Origin: Alphaproteobacteria bacterium | Lineage (GTDB): Bacteria; Pseudomonadota; Alphaproteobacteria; UBA828 | Assembly (NCBI GenBank): GCA_963667785.2 | Contig: CAXXMU010000005.1 | Span: 403,786 to 467,785 of the forward strand | Direction: 5' to 3' | DNA length: 64,000 nucleotides | Part shown: positions 30,999-40,432 of the stretch, piece by piece | Numbering within the stretch: the first letter of the stretch is position 1 | Layout: each line of letters starts with the position of its first letter | Notes under the pieces: model-generated | What the model was told of the DNA's origin: nothing | The model's database searches: none | What the model saw: the letters and a program-made list of their open reading frames with translations, nothing else | Program-made: the position numbers and the translations under genes

Positions 30999-32501
30999 AT
31001 GAGGGTCAAGGACGGCGCCGCGCATCTCGCGTCTCTGGACCGGGACCGGGCGGTCTATCTCGACGGCACGCTGGTCACCCGCGTCGCCGACCACCCCGCC
31101 TTCGCCAACGGATGCCGCTCGGCGGCGGCGCTCTACGACTTCCAGGCCCGGCCCGAGAACGTCGAGTGGATGACCTTCGATACCGGCACGGGCCGGCGCG
31201 CCAACCGCGCCTGGCAGATGCCGCGCTCCTACGACGATCTGGTCGCGAACCGCGTGGCGATGACCGCCTGGGCGGAGCAGCACGGCGGCTTCATGGGGCG
31301 CTCGCCCGACCACCTGTCCTGCTGCATCAGCGGGCAGATCATGGGGATCGAGGTGTTCGAGCGGCACGGCGCGCGCTTCGCCGACGCCTACCGCGACTAC
31401 TACCGCTACGCCCGGGACAACGACATCTTCCTCACCTACGTCATCATCAATCCCCAGGCCGACCGCTCGAAGGCCTGGGGAGAGCAGGCGAGCGAGGACC
31501 TCACCTGCCGCATCGTCGACGAGGACGGCGACGGCATCACCGTGCGCGGCGCGAAGATGCTCGGCACCAGCGCGATCATGGCCGAGGAGATCTTCGTCGC
31601 CAATCTCCAGCCCCTCCAGGAGGGCGAGGAGGATCTCGCGGTCTGCTTCGCCATGCCGCTCGACGCCGGCGGCGTCAAGATACTCTCGCGCAAGAGCTAC
31701 GAGCAGAACGCCGTGACGCCCTGGGACAATCCGCTCTCCTACCGCTTCGACGAGAACGACGCGCTGATCTTCTTCGACGACGTGAAGGTGCCGTGGGAGA
31801 GGGTGTTCGTCTTCCGCGACATCGACATGTGCCGGGCGCAGTTTCACGACACGCCGGGCCACGTCTACCAGAACTACCAGGCGCAGATTCGCTACACCGT
31901 GAAGATGAAGTTCCTCCTCGCCATCGCGCGGCGGATCACGGAGACCGTGGGCACCATCAAGATGCCGGCGGTGCGCGAGAGGCTGGGCCAGATGGCCTCC
32001 CAGATCGGCGTGGCGGAGGGCCTTCTCTACGGCATGGAGGCGGCCGGAACCCGGTATGGCGACTACTTCGTCCCGAAGAAGAGCCTCCTCTACGCCGCGA
32101 CGGCCTACACCCAAGGGCTCTACCCCCAGTTCGTCACCGAGATCCGGGAGCTCGCGGGCGGCGGGCTGATCATGCTGCCGTCGTCGGCCGCCGATCTCGC
32201 CGACCCCGAGCTGGCCAGGCTGTTCGACACCGTGCTGGTCTCGGCGCGCGAGGGCGAGGACGCCTACGACCGGATCAAGTTCCTCAAGCTGGCCTGGGAT
32301 GCGGTCGGCTCCGAGTTCGCCAGCCGGCACACCCAGTACGAGATGTTCTACAACGGCGCCCAGTTCGTCACGCGGGGGCACACCTTCCGGACCTACGACT
32401 GGGCGGGCGCGGAGCGCATCCTGAACGCCTTCCTCGAGGGCAACGACACGGCCTGGGCCGGCGGCGGGGCGCGGGGAGCGTCGCGTAAGGGCGCCGAATG
32501 A
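30999..32501 (+). CDS. 4-hydroxyphenylacetate 3-hydroxylase-family (HpaB/PvcC) flavin monooxygenase, oxygenase component
   Basis: GFMGRSPDH, INPQADRS, PLSYRFDENDA, VPWERVF and GSEFASRHTQYEMFY. ATG at 30999. Confidence 0.9.
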   Translation: MRVKDGAAHLASLDRDRAVYLDGTLVTRVADHPAFANGCRSAAALYDFQARPENVEWMTFDTGTGRRANRAWQMPRSYDDLVANRVAMTAWAEQHGGFMGRSPDHLSCCISGQIMGIEVFERHGARFADAYRDYYRYARDNDIFLTYVIINPQADRSKAWGEQASEDLTCRIVDEDGDGITVRGAKMLGTSAIMAEEIFVANLQPLQEGEEDLAVCFAMPLDAGGVKILSRKSYEQNAVTPWDNPLSYRFDENDALIFFDDVKVPWERVFVFRDIDMCRAQFHDTPGHVYQNYQAQIRYTVKMKFLLAIARRITETVGTIKMPAVRERLGQMASQIGVAEGLLYGMEAAGTRYGDYFVPKKSLLYAATAYTQGLYPQFVTEIRELAGGGLIMLPSSAADLADPELARLFDTVLVSAREGEDAYDRIKFLKLAWDAVGSEFASRHTQYEMFYNGAQFVTRGHTFRTYDWAGAERILNAFLEGNDTAWAGGGARGASRKGAE

Positions 32502-32511
32502 GGACGGAGCA

Positions 32512-33696
32512 ATGCGTGTCGGCGTAACCAACCTAGCGACCATCGTCACCGGCGACTGGCGCGCCGGCCTCGCCGACGGCGACACGATCCTCATGGAGGG
32601 CGGGCTGATCGAGAAGGTCGGCGCGGCCGACGCCGGCGCGCTCGAGCGCTGCGACGTCGTCATCGACGCCGGCGGGGCCACGGCGATCCCCGGCCTGATC
32701 GACTCGCAGGTGCACATCACCTTCGGCGACTTCACCCCGCGCCAGAACACCGTCGGCTTTCTTTCCAGCTACCTCCATGGCGGGACCACGACCTCGATCT
32801 CGGCGTCCGAGGTGCATGTGCCCGGCCGCCCCAGCGACCCGCAGGGGGTGAAGGCCCTCGCGGTCGCCGCGCACAAGTGCTTCAAGGACTACCGGCCCGG
32901 CGGCATGCTCGTCCACGGCGGCTCGATCATCCTCGAGCCGGGGCTTACGGCAGAGGACTTCGCCGAGATTCACGCCGACGGAGTCTGGCTCGCCAAGGCC
33001 GGGTTCGGCGCCGTCGGCTCGGCGTCGGAGTACGTCGATCTCGTGCGCATGGCCCGGGAGGCGGGGCTGACCACGACGCTCCACACCGGCGGCGCCTCGA
33101 TCCCCGGCTCCTTTCCCATCACCGGCCAGGACCTGATCGACATCGATCCGCACGTCTCGTTCCATATCAACGGCGGCCCCGTGGCCATCGCGGACGAGTA
33201 TTTCGAGATCGTGGCACGGGATACCGGGATCGCCATGCAGGTCTGCACGGCGGGGAACCTGCGGACGACGATCCTCTGCGCCGAGATGGCCCGCGCGCAC
33301 GGCGCCTTCGACCGCTTCCTGATCGCGACCGACACGCCCACGGGCAGCGGGATCATGCCGCTCGGCATGATCTACACCATGATCCAGATCGCCTCGCTGA
33401 CCGACTTCCACCCGGTCGAAATGATCGCGGCGGCGACGGGCAACGTGGCCAAGGTCTACGGCCTGAACAGCGGCTTCATCCGCGCGGGCTGCGATGCCGA
33501 CCTTGTCATCGTCGACGCGCCGCTCGGCGGCACCAAGGGCACCGCGCTCGAGGCGATGAAGAACGGCGATCCCTTCGCCATCGGCGCGGCGATCACGGAC
33601 GGCGTGCCGCGCTTCGTCGGCCGCAGCCGCAACACGCCGCCGACCACCCGCAAGGTCGCCGTCGCCCGCTCGAACGTGGTCTCGACCTTCGCCTGA
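32512..33696 (+). CDS. Enamidase-like metal-dependent amidohydrolase
   Basis: PGLIDSQVH, GDFTPRQ, HVPGRP, HTGGASIPGS, HINGGP, ATDTPTG and SRNTPP, recalling nicotinate-pathway enamidase. Confidence 0.8.
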   Translation: MRVGVTNLATIVTGDWRAGLADGDTILMEGGLIEKVGAADAGALERCDVVIDAGGATAIPGLIDSQVHITFGDFTPRQNTVGFLSSYLHGGTTTSISASEVHVPGRPSDPQGVKALAVAAHKCFKDYRPGGMLVHGGSIILEPGLTAEDFAEIHADGVWLAKAGFGAVGSASEYVDLVRMAREAGLTTTLHTGGASIPGSFPITGQDLIDIDPHVSFHINGGPVAIADEYFEIVARDTGIAMQVCTAGNLRTTILCAEMARAHGAFDRFLIATDTPTGSGIMPLGMIYTMIQIASLTDFHPVEMIAAATGNVAKVYGLNSGFIRAGCDADLVIVDAPLGGTKGTALEAMKNGDPFAIGAAITDGVPRFVGRSRNTPPTTRKVAVARSNVVSTFA

Positions 33697-33761
33697 GCGC
33701 AGCCGGGCGGGCGCCGACGTCGTGGTCGACCAGGGGTGCTCGGCCCTCCGACTCTTCCGAG

Positions 33762-36140
33762 TCAGCCGGCGCGCGGCGCGGACGGCTCCAGCCGGCAGCG
33801 ATAGGCATTGTTTGGCGTTGAGCCGCCGATGGGATCGACGGCCTCGGTGCCGATCGCCGCATTGAAATTGGTGTTGTCGGACGCCGGGTAGCCGGAGAGG
33901 GAGAGCGCCTCGCAGCCCTGCCACCACCCATGCGTGGCGCTCACCACACTGGGATGCAGCTTCGCGGCGAAGCGGGCGCGGGCGCGCAGGGTGCCGTGGG
34001 GCGTCGTCAGCGTGACCCAGTCCCCCTCGCCGATCGCGTGCGTGGCCGCCGTCTCGGGGCTGATCTCCACCAGCGGATCGGGCTCGTGACGCCGGAGCGA
34101 CGGGAGATTCCGGTTCTGGCTGTGCAGGAAGTGCGTCGACTTGGCGCAGGTGAGCACCAGCGGGAATTCGTCCGTTAGCGCGGTGTCGCCGTTCTTGCCG
34201 ATGGCCGGCTCGACATGGTCCGGCAACGGCGCGTAGCCGTGCTCCAGGAAGCGCTCGGCGTAGATCTCGACCTTCTTGCTCGGCGTATCGAAGCCGGCCG
34301 GGCGGCCGTCGACGGGCGCGGCGAACCTGCGGCGGCGCACCGGCAGCGCCGCCTTCACGCCCCGCGGGTTCTCCCGCAGGGCCTCCAGCGTGATGCCGCT
34401 CGGCGCGAGCTGATGCCTGTAGGCCGCATCGCGGTCGCCGTTCCAGAACAGGTTGCCGAGACCCAGACGCTCGGCGAGCGCGAAGGCGATCTCCATGTCG
34501 GAGCGGGCCTCGCCGCGAGCCTCGACCACCGCCGGCCGGAGCTGGGCATGGGCGCTCGCCTCCTGGTCCACCAGGAAGTCGGTGCAGAGCCCCTCCCGCT
34601 CCCAGGCGGATGCGACCGGCAGCACGATGTCCGCATAGGCCGCCGTCGGGTTCATGAAGAGGTCGGCGTGGACCATGAATTCGAGGGCGCCGAGGGCCCT
34701 GGCGCCGCGCGCGCCGTCGGCATGGGTGTAGAGGATGTTCTTGCCGAAGTTGACGAGCGCCCGCACCGGATAGGGGCGATGATCGAGGACCGCCTCGTAG
34801 AGCGCATCCGTGTTGATCCAGCCCCCGGATTCCGGGCCGAGCGGCCGCTCCTCGAGGCCGAGCGTCCTGCTCCACAGGTCCTCGGGCATCAGGTCGGCGG
34901 CCATCACGTCGTTGGTCGGGATGGTCGCAGGCACCACGTTGCCCCCTTCCGAATCGAAGCTTCCGGTGAGGGCGTAGAGCAGGGCGATGGCGCGGTTGGT
35001 CTGGCTCGCGTTCGCCAGCATCTCGAGCCCGGACCAGGCGTAGAACGAGACCGACCCCGACGTGCCGATGAGCCGCGCCGTCTCGCGGATCTGCGAGGCC
35101 GGCACCCAGGTGATCTCCTCGACGCGCTCGGGCGGGTAGCGCCGGCAGAGCTCGGCGTAGAGGTCAAATGCGGGCCGGCAGGCGAGGGTGCCGTGCGGGC
35201 CGGCGATCTCGTAGCGGCCGTCGAGCGCGAGGCGGGCGCCCTCGCGCTCGTAGACGCCGCTCTGCGTGTCGTAGCGAAGCGGCGCGTCCGTGCCGGCGTC
35301 CCAGGCGACGCGCTCCGCCGGGTCGCCGCCCTCGCCCATGTCGGCGCCGGTGAGGAAGCGCCCGGTGTCCTCGCGCACCAGCAAGGGGCCGTTGGTCCAG
35401 CGCGTGACGAACTCCCGGTCGAACCAGCCCTCCGCGATCATGACGCCGGCGAGGCCGAGCGCCAGCGCGCCGTCGCTGCCTGGGCGCACGCGGAGCCATT
35501 GATCGGCCTTGTTGGCGAAGCCGGCGCCGCGCGGGTCGACGACCACGAGCGCAGCGCCCCGCGCCTTGGCGTCCGCGATCCGCGTCGCATGGGCGAGCCA
35601 GGTCGTGCTCGGGTTGTGCCCCCAGAGGATGAAGCAGTCCGTCCGCTCGAGGTCGGCCACGGGCAGCGGCACGCCGAAGGTGTGGGGAAACACCATCTCC
35701 TTGGCGAAGGCGCAGAGCTCCATCGCGACGGCCGCGTTGGGGCTGCCGAAGGCGCGCCGCAGACGCTCGACCCAGGCGTAGCCGTCCTGCATCGCGGTGC
35801 CGGCCGTGGTCGTGATGCCGAACGCGACCGTCTCGGGCCCCGATTCCTTCGCCTGCCGCGTGAGCGTGTCGGCGATCGTGTCGAGCGCTTCGTCCCAGCC
35901 GATGCGCTGCCAGCCGGGGTCGGCCGCGCCCTTCGGCTGCGTGCGCTTCAGCGGGTGGAGCAGCCGCTCGGGATGATGCACCAGCTCCGGCGCGGCCCGG
36001 CCCTTGGCACAGAGCGCCTTGCCGGTGGGATGCGCCGGATCCGGCTCCACCCGGACGAGGCGGCCGTCCTTTACCGTGGAGATGCAGCCGCAGCGCGACC
36101 AGCAGAGGGCGCAGAATCCGTGGATGCGCTCGGTGGCCAT
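33762..36140 (-). CDS. Molybdopterin (bis-MGD) oxidoreductase, DMSO reductase superfamily, acetylene-hydratase-like clade
   Basis: 4Fe-4S motif CALCWSRC...CAKG, WGHNP, PGSDGALAL, ADIVLP and HGWWQ. No signal peptide. ATG at 36140 follows GGAGG. Confidence 0.9.
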   Translation of the reverse strand: MATERIHGFCALCWSRCGCISTVKDGRLVRVEPDPAHPTGKALCAKGRAAPELVHHPERLLHPLKRTQPKGAADPGWQRIGWDEALDTIADTLTRQAKESGPETVAFGITTTAGTAMQDGYAWVERLRRAFGSPNAAVAMELCAFAKEMVFPHTFGVPLPVADLERTDCFILWGHNPSTTWLAHATRIADAKARGAALVVVDPRGAGFANKADQWLRVRPGSDGALALGLAGVMIAEGWFDREFVTRWTNGPLLVREDTGRFLTGADMGEGGDPAERVAWDAGTDAPLRYDTQSGVYEREGARLALDGRYEIAGPHGTLACRPAFDLYAELCRRYPPERVEEITWVPASQIRETARLIGTSGSVSFYAWSGLEMLANASQTNRAIALLYALTGSFDSEGGNVVPATIPTNDVMAADLMPEDLWSRTLGLEERPLGPESGGWINTDALYEAVLDHRPYPVRALVNFGKNILYTHADGARGARALGALEFMVHADLFMNPTAAYADIVLPVASAWEREGLCTDFLVDQEASAHAQLRPAVVEARGEARSDMEIAFALAERLGLGNLFWNGDRDAAYRHQLAPSGITLEALRENPRGVKAALPVRRRRFAAPVDGRPAGFDTPSKKVEIYAERFLEHGYAPLPDHVEPAIGKNGDTALTDEFPLVLTCAKSTHFLHSQNRNLPSLRRHEPDPLVEISPETAATHAIGEGDWVTLTTPHGTLRARARFAAKLHPSVVSATHGWWQGCEALSLSGYPASDNTNFNAAIGTEAVDPIGGSTPNNAYRCRLEPSAPRAG

Positions 36141-36376
36141 GGCTTGCCTCCTCCGGCTCTCGGCGGCTCCCGTATGCTCAGACGGCGCTTTCAGCGCGAT
36201 CGACGGGTTGCCGCTGCTCATTTCTAGCGGATCGCCGGTCTTTCGGAAATGTCGGCCTCTCGCGCTGATGGCCCGGGCGCGCCTCCCGTGATAGAGACAA
36301 CGCGACAGTCGGGCGCGCGGGGAGACGCGCACCCGATCGACCTGCAGCAACGGGTCGCACGCGACGGGACCGGAGC

Positions 36377-37291
36377 ATGGCGCAGCTCAATACCTTCGAC
36401 GCCGACGCAGGCGCGGACCCGCTGGTGGCGGCGATCGAGCGGGACGGCTACGCGATCGTGCGGGAGATACTCGACCCGAAGACCCGCGCGCGGCTCACGG
36501 GCGAGCTGGCCCCGCACCTGGAGGCGACGGCGCTCGGCGACCCCGACGCCTTCTTCGGGCAGAAGACGAAGCGCTTCGGCGCGTTGCTTTCGCGCTGCCC
36601 GACGAGCCGCGACATGGTCGTGCATCCGCTCGTGCTGGAGATCGCCGACCGCGTCCTCGGGCCCTACTGCGCGCGCTACCAGATCCACTACACCGGGGTG
36701 ATGCACATCGAGCCCGGCGAGACCGCGCAGTCGATGCATCGGGATACCGGCCTCTATCCCATCCAGAACCCGGCACCGCCGCTGACGCTCGCGACCATGT
36801 GGGCGGTGAGCGACTTCTCGGAGGAAAACGGGGCCACCCGCTTCGTGCCGGGAAGCCACCGCTGGCCCGATCAGCGCGTTCCGACGCCGGAGGAGATCGC
36901 GGTGGCCGAGATGCCGGCGGGCTCGCTGCTGATCTACGTGGGCAGCCTGATCCACGGCGGCGGCGCCAACCGCTCGAACGCCGCCCGCTGCGGCGTCGCC
37001 CTGCACTACTGTCTCGGCTGGCTGCGCCAAGAGGAGAACCAGTATCTCGCCGTGCCGATGGAGGAGGCCCGGACCTTCCCCCACCGGCTGCAATGCCTGA
37101 TGGGCTACGACCTCGGCACGGTCAATCTGGGCTTCGTCGACCACAAGCACCCGAACGACGTCCTGAACGGAACCGCGGGCGAGCAGGCCGGCGTGCTCGG
37201 CCCTCAGGAGCTGATGGACGCGGACAACGCGATCCAGCGCTTCAGGATCGACGGAACCGAGGCCATCGGCCGCGCGCGGATGAAGGTTTAG
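36377..37291 (+). CDS. Phytanoyl-CoA dioxygenase-family Fe(II)/2-oxoglutarate dioxygenase
   Basis: QSMHRD (HxD), NGATRFVPGSH, HGGGANRS and GWLRQEENQYL motifs. Confidence 0.9.
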   Translation: MAQLNTFDADAGADPLVAAIERDGYAIVREILDPKTRARLTGELAPHLEATALGDPDAFFGQKTKRFGALLSRCPTSRDMVVHPLVLEIADRVLGPYCARYQIHYTGVMHIEPGETAQSMHRDTGLYPIQNPAPPLTLATMWAVSDFSEENGATRFVPGSHRWPDQRVPTPEEIAVAEMPAGSLLIYVGSLIHGGGANRSNAARCGVALHYCLGWLRQEENQYLAVPMEEARTFPHRLQCLMGYDLGTVNLGFVDHKHPNDVLNGTAGEQAGVLGPQELMDADNAIQRFRIDGTEAIGRARMKV

Positions 37292-37338
37292 GCGAAAGCC
37301 CGGCGGGCGGCCCACCGCTAAAACCGCGCGCCCTCACC

Positions 37339-38244
37339 TCATAGCGGATCCCAGCTGAACACGTCGCCGGAGCGATCCAGCGCGGCGAAGTGGGACTGCA
37401 GCGCCGGCACGGCATGGTCGGCGATAGCCTGCACGTCCCACCCCTCGCTCCGGTGGACGCTGCGAACGGGCCGGAAGGGCGCGAGGAGAAAGATCTCGTT
37501 GTGGCGCGCGGCGAAGACCTGCCCGGTGATGTCGCGCGCGGCGTCCGACGCGAGAAACACGGCGAGCGGGGCGTTCTTCGCCGGCGTCATCTTCCTCAGC
37601 CGCGCGATCCTCTCCCTCTGCTCGTCGGTCTCGGCCGGGATCTCGCTCGTCATCCGGCTCCAGGCGAAGGGCGCGATGCAGTTGGAGCGCACGTTGAAGC
37701 GCCGCATGTCGAGCGCGATCGACTTGGAGAGCGCGCAGATGCCGAGCTTGGCCGCGGCGTAGTTGGCCTGCCCGAAATTGCCGATCAGCCCCGACGTGCT
37801 GGTCATGTGCACGAACGCGCCCGATTCCTGTCGCCGGAAGTGCTCCGCCGCCGCGCGGCTGAGGAAGAAGCTGCCGTTGAGGTGCACGCCGACGACGGAG
37901 AGCCACTGCTCGGCCGTCATCTTGTGGAAGATCGTGTCGCGCAGGATGCCGGCGTTGTTCACCACGATGTCGATCCGCCCGAAGGCCCCAAGCGCCGTCT
38001 CCACGATGGCGCGCGCGCCGTCCCAGCTCTCGACGCCGTGCGTGTCGACGACCGCCCTCCCGCCGGCCTCCTCTATCAGCCCCTTCGTCTCCTCGGCCGG
38101 GGCTGCCGACCCGCCCTCGCCCGTGACCGAGACGCCGATATCGTTGACGACGACGGCGGCCCCGGTCCGTGCCAGCGCAAGCGCGATCTCGCGCCCTATG
38201 CCGCCGCCCGCGCCGGAGACGATTGCAACCCTTCCCTCGTTCAC
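37339..38244 (-). CDS. SDR family oxidoreductase (3-hydroxyacyl-CoA dehydrogenase-like)
   Basis: SGAGGGIG, NNAGILRD and GNFGQANYAAAK. GTG at 38244 follows AAGGGAG. Confidence 0.9.
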   Translation of the reverse strand: MNEGRVAIVSGAGGGIGREIALALARTGAAVVVNDIGVSVTGEGGSAAPAEETKGLIEEAGGRAVVDTHGVESWDGARAIVETALGAFGRIDIVVNNAGILRDTIFHKMTAEQWLSVVGVHLNGSFFLSRAAAEHFRRQESGAFVHMTSTSGLIGNFGQANYAAAKLGICALSKSIALDMRRFNVRSNCIAPFAWSRMTSEIPAETDEQRERIARLRKMTPAKNAPLAVFLASDAARDITGQVFAARHNEIFLLAPFRPVRSVHRSEGWDVQAIADHAVPALQSHFAALDRSGDVFSWDPL

Positions 38245-38272
38245 CGTTCGAGTCTCCCTTGATACCGGCGCC

Positions 38273-39118
38273 TCAGGCGAAGGTCGCGAGTCCGTTGCGC
38301 AGCACGACGACATCGCGCTCGACGGCCCGGGCGCGAAAGGCGCCGCCCTGCCACATCTCCACCTCGACGGTCTCGCCCGGAAAGACCGGCGCCGAGAAGC
38401 GCGCGGACATGCTGCGGAGCGCGCCGGGATCGTCGTGCGCGAACGCGCGCAGAAGGGCGTGGCAGGCGATGCCGAAGGTGCAGAGCCCGTGGAGGATCGG
38501 CCGGTCGAAGCCCGCCTCCCGCGCGACCTCGGGGTCGAGATGGAGCGGGTTGGGATCGCCGTTGAGACGATAGAGGAGCGCCTGCTCCGGCCGGGTCGCG
38601 ACGCGGGCGGTGCGGTCGGGCACACCGCCGGGCTCCTCCGGCGCAGGCCGCGGCGTGCCGGAGGGTCCGTCGTAGCCGCCGTCGCCCCGGAGCATGATCG
38701 TGCGCGTCTCGGTCGCGATGACCGCGCCCGTCCCGACCTCGCGCAGGTCCTTCTCGAGATAGAGCAGCGCGCCCTTGGCCGCGCCCTTGTCGACGACATC
38801 GACGATCCGGGTCACGCCCGCGACCGTGCCGGCGCTGGGGATCGGCCGCTGCAGGCGGAAGCCCTGCTCGGCATGGACGAGGCGGGTCGCGTCCACCGTC
38901 GTGCGCGAATCGGCCAGCCAGAAGCCGGGATGGCCGAGCACCGAGCAGAACGACGGCACGATGACGGGACCCTTCCGCTCGTCCACGAACTGCAGTTGCC
39001 ACGGGTCGAGGGGATCGCGGCCGAGGCCGATCGAGAGCGCGTAGCGGACCGCGTCGAGGGGGCCGAAGGTCTGGCGGGCCTCGGGAATCTCGAAGCCCAT
39101 GAGCGCGTCGTAGTTCAC
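38273..39118 (-). CDS. Double-hotdog (R)-specific enoyl-CoA hydratase (MaoC/MFE-2 type)
   Basis: LVHAEQG, YRLNGDPNPLHLDP and ILHGLCT motifs. Confidence 0.9.
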   Translation of the reverse strand: MNYDALMGFEIPEARQTFGPLDAVRYALSIGLGRDPLDPWQLQFVDERKGPVIVPSFCSVLGHPGFWLADSRTTVDATRLVHAEQGFRLQRPIPSAGTVAGVTRIVDVVDKGAAKGALLYLEKDLREVGTGAVIATETRTIMLRGDGGYDGPSGTPRPAPEEPGGVPDRTARVATRPEQALLYRLNGDPNPLHLDPEVAREAGFDRPILHGLCTFGIACHALLRAFAHDDPGALRSMSARFSAPVFPGETVEVEMWQGGAFRARAVERDVVVLRNGLATFA

Positions 39119-39203
39119 GGCCCGGGACTGGCGGCGCGCGGCGGGCGGGTCACGGGCCTCGCAATCGATCGGGGGGCCGTTGCGGACCGGCGCGGCGCCC
39201 GCT

Positions 39204-40406
39204 TCAGCCGTCGTAGTGTCCGACGATCGCCACGCTGCAGATGTTCTGCGCGGGATGGCCGCCCAGATTGTGGGTGAGCCCGTAGCGCATGGTGCCGATC
39301 TGGCGCTCGCCGGCGCGGCCCAGGAACTGCAGATAGATCTCGTAGAGCATCCTTAAGCCCGAGGCACCGATGGGGTGGCCGAAGCACTTCAGGCCGCCAT
39401 CGATCTGGCAGGGCATCTCGCCGTCGGCGTCGAAACGGCCGTCGAGCACCGCCTTCCAGGCCTGGCCCTCGTCGGCGAGGCCGAGGTCCTCCATCGTCAC
39501 CAGCTCGGTGATCGAGAAGCAGTCGTGGACCTCGGTCGCGCTGATCTCCTTGCGCGCATCGTCGATGCCGGCCTCCTCGTAGGCGCGGCGCGCGGCGATG
39601 CGCGTGGTCTTGAAGTGGGCGCCGTCCCAGCCGTTGAAGCCGACCTCCTCGCCGTTCGAGACGCTGAGCTGCAGGGCCTTGACCGTCACGACATCGGTCC
39701 TGCCCAGGGTCACGGCGATCTCCGGCGTGGTGACGATGGCACAGGCCGCGCCGTCGCTGACGCCACAGCAATCGAACAGGCCGATGGGCTCGGCAACCAT
39801 CGGCGCCGCGATCGCCTGCTCGTGGGTGATCTCGCGCCTGAGATGCGCCTTGGGATTGCGCGCGCCGTTGGCGTGGCTCTTGACCGAGACGTGCGCCATC
39901 GCGCGCTTGAGATCGTCCCCGTCGATGCCGTGAGCGCCGCGATAGCCGGCCGCGAGCTGCGCGAACGCGCCGGGGGCGGAGACGGTGGGGGCGAACAGAT
40001 CGTTGGTCACCCCGCGGGTGCGGGCCGGCAGGCCGCCGTAGCCGGTGTCCTTCAGCTTCTCCACGCCGAGCGCGAGCGCGAAGTCCGCAGCGCCCGAGGC
40101 CACGGCGTAGCAGGCGCCGCGGAAGGCCTCCGTGCCGCTCGCGCACATGTTCTCGACGTGCGTGACGGGGATGTAGCCGAGCCTGAGCGCGGTCGCGAGC
40201 GGCAGCGCGCTCGGCCCGACGTTGACGGAATCGAAGGCTGTGCTGAGCCATGCCGCATCGATCTGCGAGCGCTCGATCCCGGCGTCGGCGATGCATTCCT
40301 CGAACGCCTCGGCCATCAGGTCCGAGGGCTCCGCATCCCACCGCTCGCCGAACTTCGAGCATCCCATCCCGAGGATGGCGACCTTGTCTCGAATGCCGCT
40401 GGCCAT
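39204..40406 (-). CDS. SCP2-type thiolase
   Basis: VENMCASG (catalytic Cys), EVHDCFS, FGHPIGASG and HNLGG motifs. Confidence 0.92.
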   Translation of the reverse strand: MASGIRDKVAILGMGCSKFGERWDAEPSDLMAEAFEECIADAGIERSQIDAAWLSTAFDSVNVGPSALPLATALRLGYIPVTHVENMCASGTEAFRGACYAVASGAADFALALGVEKLKDTGYGGLPARTRGVTNDLFAPTVSAPGAFAQLAAGYRGAHGIDGDDLKRAMAHVSVKSHANGARNPKAHLRREITHEQAIAAPMVAEPIGLFDCCGVSDGAACAIVTTPEIAVTLGRTDVVTVKALQLSVSNGEEVGFNGWDGAHFKTTRIAARRAYEEAGIDDARKEISATEVHDCFSITELVTMEDLGLADEGQAWKAVLDGRFDADGEMPCQIDGGLKCFGHPIGASGLRMLYEIYLQFLGRAGERQIGTMRYGLTHNLGGHPAQNICSVAIVGHYDG

Positions 40407-40432
40407 CTCCGCTCCTCTCGCGCCGTGAGGCC

